64,000 bases of DNA from a virus. A program made the position numbers and the translations under genes. A model generated the notes under the pieces. That model searched no databases and was not told where the DNA came from. It was given only the letters and a program-made list of their open reading frames with translations. Below, in pieces: positions 20,043 through 29,122 of the stretch (positions are counted from its first letter, which is position 1; each line of letters starts with the position of its first letter). The stretch lies in the IMG/VR virus record IMGVR_UViG_3300044530_000662, positions 53,286-117,285 of that record. The stretch is one strand, 5' to 3'.

Positions 20043-20381
20043 TTATGCTTTTGTAACTTTTCTTCCCATACCTACTTTAGACTTCTCAGCTTTTTTAGCA
20101 GCTAGTTTAGAAGGAGTTAGTTCATACTTTGTTTTAGGAGTATCTTTTGATACCTTTCTTGTAGGCCGGCAGTATTCATTTTTACCACCGGCTCCACAAG
20201 CTTTTCCTGATTTTGTGTCTTGCCACTTTTCTGCTTGCCATCTTTTAAGATCACTACCAGCTTTAGTCTTTCTTACTGTGCCTGAACCTTTACGGCATTT
20301 GGCAATAGCTTGAGAAGCTCTAGCTGAAGGAAACACAGCGTACTGTGCTTTTACTTTTGTATAGCAAGCATCTTTAGGCAT
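20043..20381 (-). CDS. Small basic protein (DACY.KVK..Y.VFPSA.AS.A..KCRK family)
   Basis: 112 aa, operon-packed. Confidence 0.7.
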   Translation of the reverse strand: MPKDACYTKVKAQYAVFPSARASQAIAKCRKGSGTVRKTKAGSDLKRWQAEKWQDTKSGKACGAGGKNEYCRPTRKVSKDTPKTKYELTPSKLAAKKAEKSKVGMGRKVTKA

Positions 20382-20524
20382 TACTTTACAGCCTTAACTT
20401 TTTTAGCTTTTGCTTCTTTAACAGGTGCTTCAGTTGCTTTTTCTTGCTCCTTAGAGTAAGCTGGATTTAATTCAAATCTACCTGGAGATGTTTCTACATA
20501 AGCTGATACTTCTGTCTTTTCCAT
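20381..20524 (-). CDS. Small protein (47 aa)
   Basis: Read manually: MEKTEVSAYVETSPGRFELNPAYSKEQEKATEAPVKEAKAKKVKAVK. Its stop overlaps the next start. Confidence 0.65.
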   Translation of the reverse strand: MEKTEVSAYVETSPGRFELNPAYSKEQEKATEAPVKEAKAKKVKAVK

Positions 20525-20548
20525 GATTACTTGTTTAGTAGTTAATAA

Positions 20549-20752
20549 TTATTTCTTCTTAACGGTCATTCCATATTTAGCTTTTGGAACAGCCGTTTTA
20601 GGAGCTGCAGATGTACCACCTGAATGTCCTCTAGCTACTTTAGAAGCAGCAGCTTTTGGATTTACACCAGACTTAACACCGTTAGATCCTGCTTTTTTTT
20701 GTACAGATAAGTTACCATTTAAACCTACCTTAACACCTGATTTTGTTGCCAT
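20549..20752 (-). CDS. Small basic protein
   Basis: 67 aa, K/G/A-rich. Confidence 0.65.
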   Translation of the reverse strand: MATKSGVKVGLNGNLSVQKKAGSNGVKSGVNPKAAASKVARGHSGGTSAAPKTAVPKAKYGMTVKKK

Positions 20753-20754
20753 GA

Positions 20755-22254
20755 TTATTTCTTTTTAGATTTCTTTTTATTTGGATATAATGCTAAAGCA
20801 GTTGATCCACCAGCTATACCAATTAGAGTGCGTTGTAATTTTTTGTCAGACTCAGCAGCTTTAAATTTTTCCCAATCTTCAGATCTTTTTAAATTAGCTG
20901 TTTTTTTATTATAACTATCTACTTTAGCTTTTTTATATTTATCTGAAAGTTGTTTAACACCTATCTTAGCAGATTTAGTAGCACTTTTAGCAGCACCCAT
21001 AGCTGGTTTAATATAGTTGGCTGCTGTTTTTACAATTTTACCATATTGAGCTTTAGGTAAAACTTGTCCACCTTTTCTCATTTTTTCTTTTTTTGACTTA
21101 TCAATGTTAGCATTCATTTTTTGTTCAGCTGTCATTGCTAGTTCTTTAGGTCCAGTATACTCAATAGGTCCTGCTTTTTTAATCTCCATTTTTTCTGGAG
21201 CTGTTACAGTTTTAGCTGGAGCAGTTTTAGGTTTTGAACTAGCCATTTGTTTATTAATGATAGCTTGAACTTTATCATAGTCTGCACCTAATGCTTTTTT
21301 TCTATCAGCACCTGAACCATATTTACCACTCATTACATCTTTTGCTTTTTGTTCAATTGATGTATTGTTAACTTTAGGAGTATCTTTTTTCAAGTTAGTT
21401 TCTATCTTAGTAGTATTCTTACCTGTTACTGTAGCTTTAACAGCACCGATAACTTTAGAACTTGTTACTGGTTTTTTAGCAGCTGGTTTTTTAGCACCTG
21501 GTCTTTCTAAACCTTCAATATAACCTTTTACAAATTTTGGATTACTTGTTTTAGTAGAACTTTTAGGAGCTTTCTTAGCAGCATTAACAGCAGCAGAACT
21601 AATACCTGTTGCTTTTTTAGGACCGGCTAAACTTTCTTTAACATTTTTTAAAGTGTTAGCATTTCTTTCAGCAGGTGTCATGTTTTTATAACGTGAATCA
21701 CTTGCTGGTATAGCTTTCTTAGAATCTGTTTTTGGTTTTGTAGATTGTTTAGTTTCAGCTTTTGTAGTATCAGGTTTTTTAGTAAGAGTTTTAGCTCCAG
21801 CTTTTATTGCTGTTCCTTTTTTCTTATCAAAAGCTCCAGATGAAGTGGCAGCTGCAAGAGCTGCTGCTGTACCATAAACAGCAAGCATTGCTTTACCTTT
21901 TATATCTTTTCCTTTACTAGCTTTTTTACCTACTTCAACAAAATCTGTATATTTTGGTGCTTGTTGTGCAATCTTACCAGCTTTAGCTAAAGCAGTACTT
22001 TTACCAGAACTTATTAATTTAGCTTTACTTACCGTACTTGCATTTTTTGTTTGAGTAGCAGGATAATTATTTCCAGGTTTAGCTACAGCTGTAGATGTAG
22101 ATTTTGATTTAGAAACATTTTCTGCAGCTTTTTGACCATATGATTTTGTTTTTTCTGTAGCTTTTTTAAATGCATCTCTAGATGTATTTTTTGTTTTAGC
22201 TGGTAAATTAAAACTCATTTGGAGTTGTTTAGCTGTTGTTTTTTTCTTTGCCAT
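20755..22254 (-). CDS. Lys/Ala-rich histone-H1-like protein
   Basis: 499 aa with AKKPAAKKP-type low complexity and two Gly/Ala hydrophobic stretches. Confidence 0.7.
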   Translation of the reverse strand: MAKKKTTAKQLQMSFNLPAKTKNTSRDAFKKATEKTKSYGQKAAENVSKSKSTSTAVAKPGNNYPATQTKNASTVSKAKLISSGKSTALAKAGKIAQQAPKYTDFVEVGKKASKGKDIKGKAMLAVYGTAAALAAATSSGAFDKKKGTAIKAGAKTLTKKPDTTKAETKQSTKPKTDSKKAIPASDSRYKNMTPAERNANTLKNVKESLAGPKKATGISSAAVNAAKKAPKSSTKTSNPKFVKGYIEGLERPGAKKPAAKKPVTSSKVIGAVKATVTGKNTTKIETNLKKDTPKVNNTSIEQKAKDVMSGKYGSGADRKKALGADYDKVQAIINKQMASSKPKTAPAKTVTAPEKMEIKKAGPIEYTGPKELAMTAEQKMNANIDKSKKEKMRKGGQVLPKAQYGKIVKTAANYIKPAMGAAKSATKSAKIGVKQLSDKYKKAKVDSYNKKTANLKRSEDWEKFKAAESDKKLQRTLIGIAGGSTALALYPNKKKSKKK

Positions 22255-22266
22255 TTTATTTTGTTT

Positions 22267-23283
22267 TTATGAATTCCAATACTTCTCACAAGCAGTATTA
22301 AGATCTTTTAAAACATCCTCATTTAAAGGGTTCTTCAAGAACTCAACAACATCAGAAACATTTCTTCCAAGTAAGCTATTTGACTTAGAATGATAAATGA
22401 ATCCATCTGCCTTATTAATAATATACTTAAAAAATACGGAATCTCTAACAATTGATTTAATTTTTAATGCTTCCATATCCATATTTGCTGTTTCCATGAA
22501 GGATTTAGCAGCTCTTTCTTTATTAGTCTCTCCACCTTCACCGTTAATATATCTATCCATGTTCTCATAGATAATATCTGTTGGTGTTGCTTTTCTATAT
22601 TGTGTACTATTAATATCTACAACTTTTGCAATGTAGAATAATTTAGTACTGTTTTTGTCAAATAATTTTTGTAGTTCAGACAATGCTCTATTTCTAAGTT
22701 TTTTGTACTCAGTTCTAACCATTACTGTTTCTTCTTCTTTGTCTAAGTAAAACTTAGGTGGAACAGCTTTTGATCTAGCATCATCAAAACTTTTTGCTAC
22801 AATAGAAAACCCTCCGGCCTCAATAGCATATAGCTTAACTCTATCAAAAGGATCTTTAGGATCCAAGTATAATGGGTCATTACCACAAGAGATTTGTATT
22901 TTATTCCAAAACTCTGCATTATCTGGTTTAAGTAATTTTACTTTATTCCAGAATTGTAAATCATCAATATCAATATAATTAGCAGCAAGTTCTTTTTCTA
23001 ATTCTATTACCGCAGTTCTAATCTGAAATATTCTTGCTTCTTTTTCTTCTTTTGGTAAATGATTAATCTCTGGAGAAAATTCATTTAATCCTGTAATGTA
23101 TCTAACAACACCGTTTATTTCTAAACAAGATAATTGTTCATTGTGTGTAACTCCATCAAATAGAGTCATACCATATTCTTCTAATCCCATGTTAGAAGAT
23201 CTGCTGTCAAAGAAAGGTCTGATAGCAATTGCTGTTTTTCTTACTGAGCCCTTACCGGTCTCAACCATTGTGAAATTTTCCAT
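22267..23283 (-). CDS. Conserved structural-module protein immediately downstream of MCP
   Basis: 338 aa in the post-MCP position typical of crAss-like phages. Confidence 0.55.
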   Translation of the reverse strand: MENFTMVETGKGSVRKTAIAIRPFFDSRSSNMGLEEYGMTLFDGVTHNEQLSCLEINGVVRYITGLNEFSPEINHLPKEEKEARIFQIRTAVIELEKELAANYIDIDDLQFWNKVKLLKPDNAEFWNKIQISCGNDPLYLDPKDPFDRVKLYAIEAGGFSIVAKSFDDARSKAVPPKFYLDKEEETVMVRTEYKKLRNRALSELQKLFDKNSTKLFYIAKVVDINSTQYRKATPTDIIYENMDRYINGEGGETNKERAAKSFMETANMDMEALKIKSIVRDSVFFKYIINKADGFIYHSKSNSLLGRNVSDVVEFLKNPLNEDVLKDLNTACEKYWNS

Positions 23284-23319
23284 TTTGTTGTTGGTTTGTT
23301 TATTGGTTTGTTTTTATTT

Positions 23320-23356
23320 AAAAAAAGCACAGAGCATCATTAGTGACACTCTGTGC
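23320..23356 (-). terminator. Intrinsic terminator after MCP
   Basis: GCACAGAG...CTCTGTGC stem plus a T-tract on the minus strand. Confidence 0.75.
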
Positions 23357-23371
23357 AATTATTTTGTTTAA

Positions 23372-24991
23372 TTAGAATGATCCACCAGTGATTGGGTTTC
23401 TCATAACAATTTTCAACACTTTAGTTGGGTCTTTTACCCAGATAGCTGGCATTGTTTGAGACATCATAACACGGTAACCATTGAATTGTCCTGAAGACTG
23501 GAACCCTTGTGTACGTCCCATGTAGTCCATAGTACCATTTTGATACCACCATTTCAATTGATTATCCCAAGATAATTTCAACAAGAAGATGTTGTCATTA
23601 GTATTATCTGTGATATCAAAGATAATGAATGAGTAAGATGATAATGGGAAACCATCAATGATTGGGTTCTCAATATCATTAGTATGAACATTGTCAAATG
23701 CTGGGTTCAATACAAACTTAACATTTGCCAAGAAAGGAATCACATAAGAAGTGTAAGCAAATCCAAAATTCAAGTCCATACCTTTACCAGTGATTGCACC
23801 AATATCAGCAGCTTGAATTAATAAACCTGAAGATACTGCTTCACGTTTGATAGCTTCATTTACCATTCTCATTCCACCCATACCAGTTTGTACAACTAAT
23901 GAGCGTTTTGGATCTGGACCTTGGAACTCAACTTTACCATTGAAGAAGTTGTAGATCTCTCCACGGAACAAATCAAGTGTAAAGTTATTTTTGTTGTATA
24001 CTCTTTTGAAAGAGTTATCCAACTGTTTCCAAAGACCTACAGACAATCTAACATCATCTGGTCCATCTTGACGTACTCTACCACCATGACCCCACATTAA
24101 GTAAGTCTCAATGTCAGTTGCAATTTTAGATAAATGTGCAGATTCCATTGTAGTTAAGAAAGTTCTTGACAAGTCTCCATTGTCAAATGCTTTTTTAACT
24201 TTATCCTTACCTAATTTAGTTACCATATCTTCTAAAGATGTGATAGATGGATCAATGTTTTTGTCAAATGTTCTCCAGATCTCAGTTACAGGAACTGTAC
24301 CATCTGCATTCATTCCACCTTTGATCATCAAGTCAGCACGGCTAGAGATAGAATAATGTACGTGAGCTTCAGCACCACCAACATAGTTGTAGAATTCACG
24401 GAATCCAGCTCTTGTTGTAATGTCAGAGAATCTCTCACCATATTCACCACGTGCAGAACCTTTACGGAATACTTTAGTTCCATTGTTCAAATACTTGTTA
24501 TCCAAATATTTGTAGTTGTCATTATCTACTAATTGTACTGTATAGATGAATCCATCTCCAATAGGAAGGATATCTTCTGAAGGTACAATGTACATCTCAG
24601 CACCATTGTATTTGTCATAAGTGATGATATCACCATGTCCAAACTCACGTCTGCTTAATTTGATACGGAATGTTGTTCCATCAACACCTTTGAAAGTATT
24701 GTCTGGTTCAATATCCTCAATAATGTAAGGTAAGTCTGTAGACACAGGTGTCTGCCATTTGTACTCACCACGCGCGTTATCAACCATGATAACATTTTTA
24801 CCACCAAATGATGACATTTGATAAAGTGGCATTTCAACTTTCTGAGCCATAGCCCATAAGTCAACTGGGCCTAAGTCCATAGGCTCAGCATCTTTTAGCA
24901 TGTTCACCAAGTGGTAAGAATCCACATGGGAAGTAGCTTGATACGCGGTATCTCTAAGGAATATACCATTGTTTAAAACTGGAGTTGCCAT
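23372..24991 (-). CDS. Major capsid protein (crAss-like HK97 fold)
   Basis: 539 aa with strongly biased codons, its own terminator and a position after portal and scaffold. Motifs (IETYLMWG, VQTGMGG) fit crAss-like MCPs. Confidence 0.8.
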   Translation of the reverse strand: MATPVLNNGIFLRDTAYQATSHVDSYHLVNMLKDAEPMDLGPVDLWAMAQKVEMPLYQMSSFGGKNVIMVDNARGEYKWQTPVSTDLPYIIEDIEPDNTFKGVDGTTFRIKLSRREFGHGDIITYDKYNGAEMYIVPSEDILPIGDGFIYTVQLVDNDNYKYLDNKYLNNGTKVFRKGSARGEYGERFSDITTRAGFREFYNYVGGAEAHVHYSISSRADLMIKGGMNADGTVPVTEIWRTFDKNIDPSITSLEDMVTKLGKDKVKKAFDNGDLSRTFLTTMESAHLSKIATDIETYLMWGHGGRVRQDGPDDVRLSVGLWKQLDNSFKRVYNKNNFTLDLFRGEIYNFFNGKVEFQGPDPKRSLVVQTGMGGMRMVNEAIKREAVSSGLLIQAADIGAITGKGMDLNFGFAYTSYVIPFLANVKFVLNPAFDNVHTNDIENPIIDGFPLSSYSFIIFDITDNTNDNIFLLKLSWDNQLKWWYQNGTMDYMGRTQGFQSSGQFNGYRVMMSQTMPAIWVKDPTKVLKIVMRNPITGGSF

Positions 24992-25018
24992 TTTTATTAT
25001 TTATTTAATTGTTACTAA

Positions 25019-26275
25019 TTAAAATCTCTTGAACATATTTGCTCTTGGGATTGTTCTTTGTTGAGGTTTTGCGGTCCCTCTTTTTTGTTCTTCAAAAGCA
25101 TCTGTTGATGATGAAGAAGCAAGTTTCCTAGACTCCTCTGTCTTTAATTGTCTTACTGTTTTTTCTACAGCTTGTTTACTACCTTGCTCTCTGATCTTTG
25201 CTTCAAATCCATCTGGATCTGCAAGTAACCAAAGTGCTTTAGCAATTAATCCATGATTAGGTTCTACAAACTGATACTTTTCAAGTAAGTGTCCTAACAT
25301 GTTTGTTTGTTTACCAGAAATTGATGGGTAGTTAGGTTGAACTAATCCTGAGTATAACATACTCTGAATTTTTTTGTCAAGCTTAACACCACTTAGTTCA
25401 CCAGTTACAAGAGTATTATATACACTATCAGTATATGCTTTAGCTTGTTTTTGTTGTTGATCTTTTCTATGCTCTTGTTCTGCTAATTGACTTGCAACAA
25501 TTTCTTCTTGCATTCTGTCTAACTTAGGTTTAAACTGATTAGCTTTTTGTTCTAGTTTACCAACATCAGACCAATCTTCAATTTCAGATTCAATCTCTTC
25601 AGGTGTACCAAAGTTTGTTGCATAAAGATATTGTCTTGCAATTTCAGCTTGATCATTTTCATCTGATGGATTTAAAGATCTCATTTCTTCTACATGAGCA
25701 AGAGTTCTGAATAAGCTTTTAAGGTCTTGACCACCATCAGCTACATACTTTGCTGCTATTTGAAGTTCTTCTGGAAGAGAGTTAAAGAATTCTTTTGGTG
25801 TATCTTCTCTAACTTTATTTTCTCTTTCTTGGAAGTTTGCTTCAAATAATTCTCTGAAGTCTTTAGTAGTATATTCATCTAATGATTTATCATCATCAAA
25901 TGGAACAAGTGTACCTTCTTCAATCATTTTACTAGCTAATTCAGCAAGACCTGATTTATCAACCTTTGGTCTTCCTTTATTACCAGCATCTTCTTCTTGA
26001 AAAATTAAGTCTTCTAGCTCAGCAATTGTTTCATCAACTTCTGTTTTCTTTTCTTTGGCTTCTTGCTTTTCAGCATAAGTAGCCGTAGAGTTGTCAAGGA
26101 ACGTGGTATCAACATTCTCCTTTGAGAATACTGATTTAGGTTTTTCAGACTTATCATCTGGTAACATGATGTTTGCTGCACCAGGGTTACCAAAGATCTC
26201 ATCAATATTTACATCTACTTGTTCTACCGTTGTAGAATTTAGGACCTCAGCAAGGTCTTTTGTTTCTTCACTCAT
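25019..26275 (-). CDS. Acidic scaffolding-like protein
   Basis: 418 aa, D/E-rich and helical, between portal and MCP. Confidence 0.6.
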   Translation of the reverse strand: MSEETKDLAEVLNSTTVEQVDVNIDEIFGNPGAANIMLPDDKSEKPKSVFSKENVDTTFLDNSTATYAEKQEAKEKKTEVDETIAELEDLIFQEEDAGNKGRPKVDKSGLAELASKMIEEGTLVPFDDDKSLDEYTTKDFRELFEANFQERENKVREDTPKEFFNSLPEELQIAAKYVADGGQDLKSLFRTLAHVEEMRSLNPSDENDQAEIARQYLYATNFGTPEEIESEIEDWSDVGKLEQKANQFKPKLDRMQEEIVASQLAEQEHRKDQQQKQAKAYTDSVYNTLVTGELSGVKLDKKIQSMLYSGLVQPNYPSISGKQTNMLGHLLEKYQFVEPNHGLIAKALWLLADPDGFEAKIREQGSKQAVEKTVRQLKTEESRKLASSSSTDAFEEQKRGTAKPQQRTIPRANMFKRF

Positions 26276-26347
26276 TGTTGTTGGTTTTTGTTTATACTTT
26301 AATATACAAAATAAACTTGATAAATTTAAAAGAGATTATATAATTTT

Positions 26348-26364
26348 TTGCACTATATAGCTAA
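26348..26364 (-). promoter_or_regulatory. 17-bp motif TTAGCTATATAGTGCAA upstream of the scaffold/MCP genes
   Basis: An identical 17-mer occurs in sense orientation at 52130-52146. Confidence 0.5.
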
Positions 26365-26366
26365 GT

Positions 26367-29117
26367 CTACTTTTTCTTAGCATCTTTATTTGGTTTATCA
26401 AACTTATTTTTGTTTTCTCTAGCAATTTGTAATTGTTTATCAGCTATTTCTTTTTGAGTTTGAAGCTTCTGTCTGTCAAGATCAATCTTTTGACTTTCTC
26501 TGTAGTTCTCATTACTTTGCTTTTCTCTTTGTAATTGCATTTGAGACTGATACTGTTCAGTAGATCTTATTTCTTTCATAGCATCTTCATAGTCAGATAT
26601 CTCATTTTTGTTTACATCCTGCATAGCACCGTATCCTGCTGATCTTATCTCAGCTACAGTAATATCTTTCTGTATAAGTTTATCTTGTTTTTCAGCTTCT
26701 GCTTGAATCTCCATTTGTTTTTGTTTCTCTTGAGAAGCAATTTGTTCTTGTTGCATTTGTTGTGCTGACTGTTGTTCTTGTTGTTTCATCTGAGTTTGTT
26801 TTTCTTCAGATGATTTAAGAGCTGTATTTACTTCAGCAATTGAATCTGCTTGTACAATTTTACCAAGATCATAGATTGATGCTCCACTTGTATTATTAGT
26901 CAAGGCCATAGATTTTAACTGTTCTAATACTGCCCTATGATTTGCTGTTGTTGTACAGAAAATATTAAGGTCTCTCAGAAGTAAATCTGTTCCATTTACT
27001 TGAAAATTAACTTTATCATCAGCACCCGTGATATAACTAAGTCTAGCAGATGGTTTTGTAGAATGATAATATTGAGCTAAGTCAGTTCTCATCTGATGAA
27101 CTCTTGGCATTAAGTAGTCACAATGTTGAATAAAGAATACTTCTGTTTGAGCATAAGATGATGCAGTAGCTTGTTCCACACCTGTTGCAGTCATTTGTGA
27201 TAACTGTGCACCCATACGTTGTGGATTTATTCCTATCACTTCATATGCTTGTTGTTTAAAATGTTCAGCAAGTTTAATCCTTGACATTAATCTTTCTGTC
27301 TGAGATAGATCTAGTTTCTGGAAATGTTGGAAGTTAAGAGCATTCTCTGTATTTGTAATAGAGGTATCAAGAGGAAGCATCTGGAAGTTCTTCATAGCTA
27401 CATAAGCTTTAGCTAAATTTCCTTTCCCCCAGTCTTCTCCTAATGAATGTCTTGGTAAAGCATTTTGATCAAGTAAGATAATAGTACCTAACTCATCTAC
27501 TAAGATGTCTGCAATCTGATTATTTACAATATTGTATCCAATCTGATATGGCTTCATTAAGTCAAGTAAAGCAGTTGACTTGGTGTTTCTATCTGAGAAT
27601 ACTGCTCCCTCCACAGGCAACTTACAACCATATAGAGTATTATCTCCTTTAAATTGAAACTTAAGTGGTCCTATATGGTTTCTGTCTACCCCTAAATATA
27701 TTGGTGAAAATCCTCCTGGATTATTCATACCCCAGAATGATGGAATGTTTGGACCTATTTTAATACCACCCCAAACTTCATTGATCCATATCCAGTCAAT
27801 ATGTTCACCAAATACAAGATTGTCTTTTGTTTTGTTTTTAAAAAGTCTTGTATCATAAATAGGCTTGTCTTCAACTTTGTAATCTTCAGTAATTACTTCA
27901 TTAATAATTTCACCATTATCTGATATCTTGGTTAAGTGCCCTACTTTACGTTGAGACTTCCAGTATCCTGTAGTTACTCTTAATAAGTATGCTGTACCTT
28001 GGTCAAAGTAATCTTCTCCCTCAGACATAATTGAAGCAATAATATCACCACCATCTAATACAGAACCTGCTCTCATAGTAGTATACTGTCTGTATGCTAA
28101 TGAAGGCATGTTAACATTCCACTCATGAGATTTAGTACCGTCATAATAAGTACCATCATTTTGATATCCTCCAGTGATGTAACCAGCAGAACGGATAGGA
28201 TATACATTTTCTAGAGCTTCTAACTGATCTTGGGTCATCATATAACCAAATCTATCAATTACATCTGATACAGTCATCATATCAATTTTACCTACCCAGT
28301 TAGCTTGAGAGATATATCTAGCATCTGGAGATTTATGATAGAATGTAATTGGGGGATTCCATAGCTCAATTTCATAGTCATCTTCCATCATGCGGAAATG
28401 CCAGAACTCTCTATCTGTAATAAGCATGTCTCTGAAACCTCTTTCTTCAAGCTCATCCATTTTAAATCTTTCTACATCTACATGATGCTGATGAACTGCC
28501 CATTGTTCTGCCATTGATCTGTAATCTTTTTTAAAGAAAGATTCTATCTCAGGTAAGCTTTTTATTTTATCAGGAGATAATTCTTCTTGTGCTTCTGGAG
28601 AGTTTGGATCAAGACCTTGTTCTAATAATGCTGCAGTAATTTTAATCTGTGCATTTGCCATTAATACTTCTTCTACAGCAGTTCTTTTTTGTTCTAGTAA
28701 TTCATTATATGAATACTCATCAACAGCTCTATATGTAAGTTTAGTTGATCTCTTAGCAAATTCAGCTACTAGAACATTAATAACATTTGGAATGATTGGG
28801 TAAAACTTAAGCTCTAATGCTGAAGCATCTTCTCTAGTTAATACTTCTACTATGTCTCTATAGTCATTATCTTCTTCTACAATATAATCAGACTTATCTA
28901 TTACACCTTTTGCTAACTTATAGTTTTTCATAAGTCTGCGAGCATTTCTGCGGATCTGTTTTAATCCATTCCATTCTAACCAGTCTAAGTTCCAAGCTGC
29001 CCACTCATCATCTTTATCTTTTTTATTTAAAAATTGAAGCGGTTGAGTAATACTACCCATTCTATTATGAGATGTCTTAGCACCTTTTTTGGCTTGTAAC
29101 GCGTTGATAATTTGCAT
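26367..29117 (-). CDS. Portal protein
   Basis: 916 aa with a long Q/E-rich coiled-coil C-terminus (barrel), directly downstream of terminase. Confidence 0.8.
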   Translation of the reverse strand: MQIINALQAKKGAKTSHNRMGSITQPLQFLNKKDKDDEWAAWNLDWLEWNGLKQIRRNARRLMKNYKLAKGVIDKSDYIVEEDNDYRDIVEVLTREDASALELKFYPIIPNVINVLVAEFAKRSTKLTYRAVDEYSYNELLEQKRTAVEEVLMANAQIKITAALLEQGLDPNSPEAQEELSPDKIKSLPEIESFFKKDYRSMAEQWAVHQHHVDVERFKMDELEERGFRDMLITDREFWHFRMMEDDYEIELWNPPITFYHKSPDARYISQANWVGKIDMMTVSDVIDRFGYMMTQDQLEALENVYPIRSAGYITGGYQNDGTYYDGTKSHEWNVNMPSLAYRQYTTMRAGSVLDGGDIIASIMSEGEDYFDQGTAYLLRVTTGYWKSQRKVGHLTKISDNGEIINEVITEDYKVEDKPIYDTRLFKNKTKDNLVFGEHIDWIWINEVWGGIKIGPNIPSFWGMNNPGGFSPIYLGVDRNHIGPLKFQFKGDNTLYGCKLPVEGAVFSDRNTKSTALLDLMKPYQIGYNIVNNQIADILVDELGTIILLDQNALPRHSLGEDWGKGNLAKAYVAMKNFQMLPLDTSITNTENALNFQHFQKLDLSQTERLMSRIKLAEHFKQQAYEVIGINPQRMGAQLSQMTATGVEQATASSYAQTEVFFIQHCDYLMPRVHQMRTDLAQYYHSTKPSARLSYITGADDKVNFQVNGTDLLLRDLNIFCTTTANHRAVLEQLKSMALTNNTSGASIYDLGKIVQADSIAEVNTALKSSEEKQTQMKQQEQQSAQQMQQEQIASQEKQKQMEIQAEAEKQDKLIQKDITVAEIRSAGYGAMQDVNKNEISDYEDAMKEIRSTEQYQSQMQLQREKQSNENYRESQKIDLDRQKLQTQKEIADKQLQIARENKNKFDKPNKDAKKK

Positions 29118-29122
29118 ATCTG

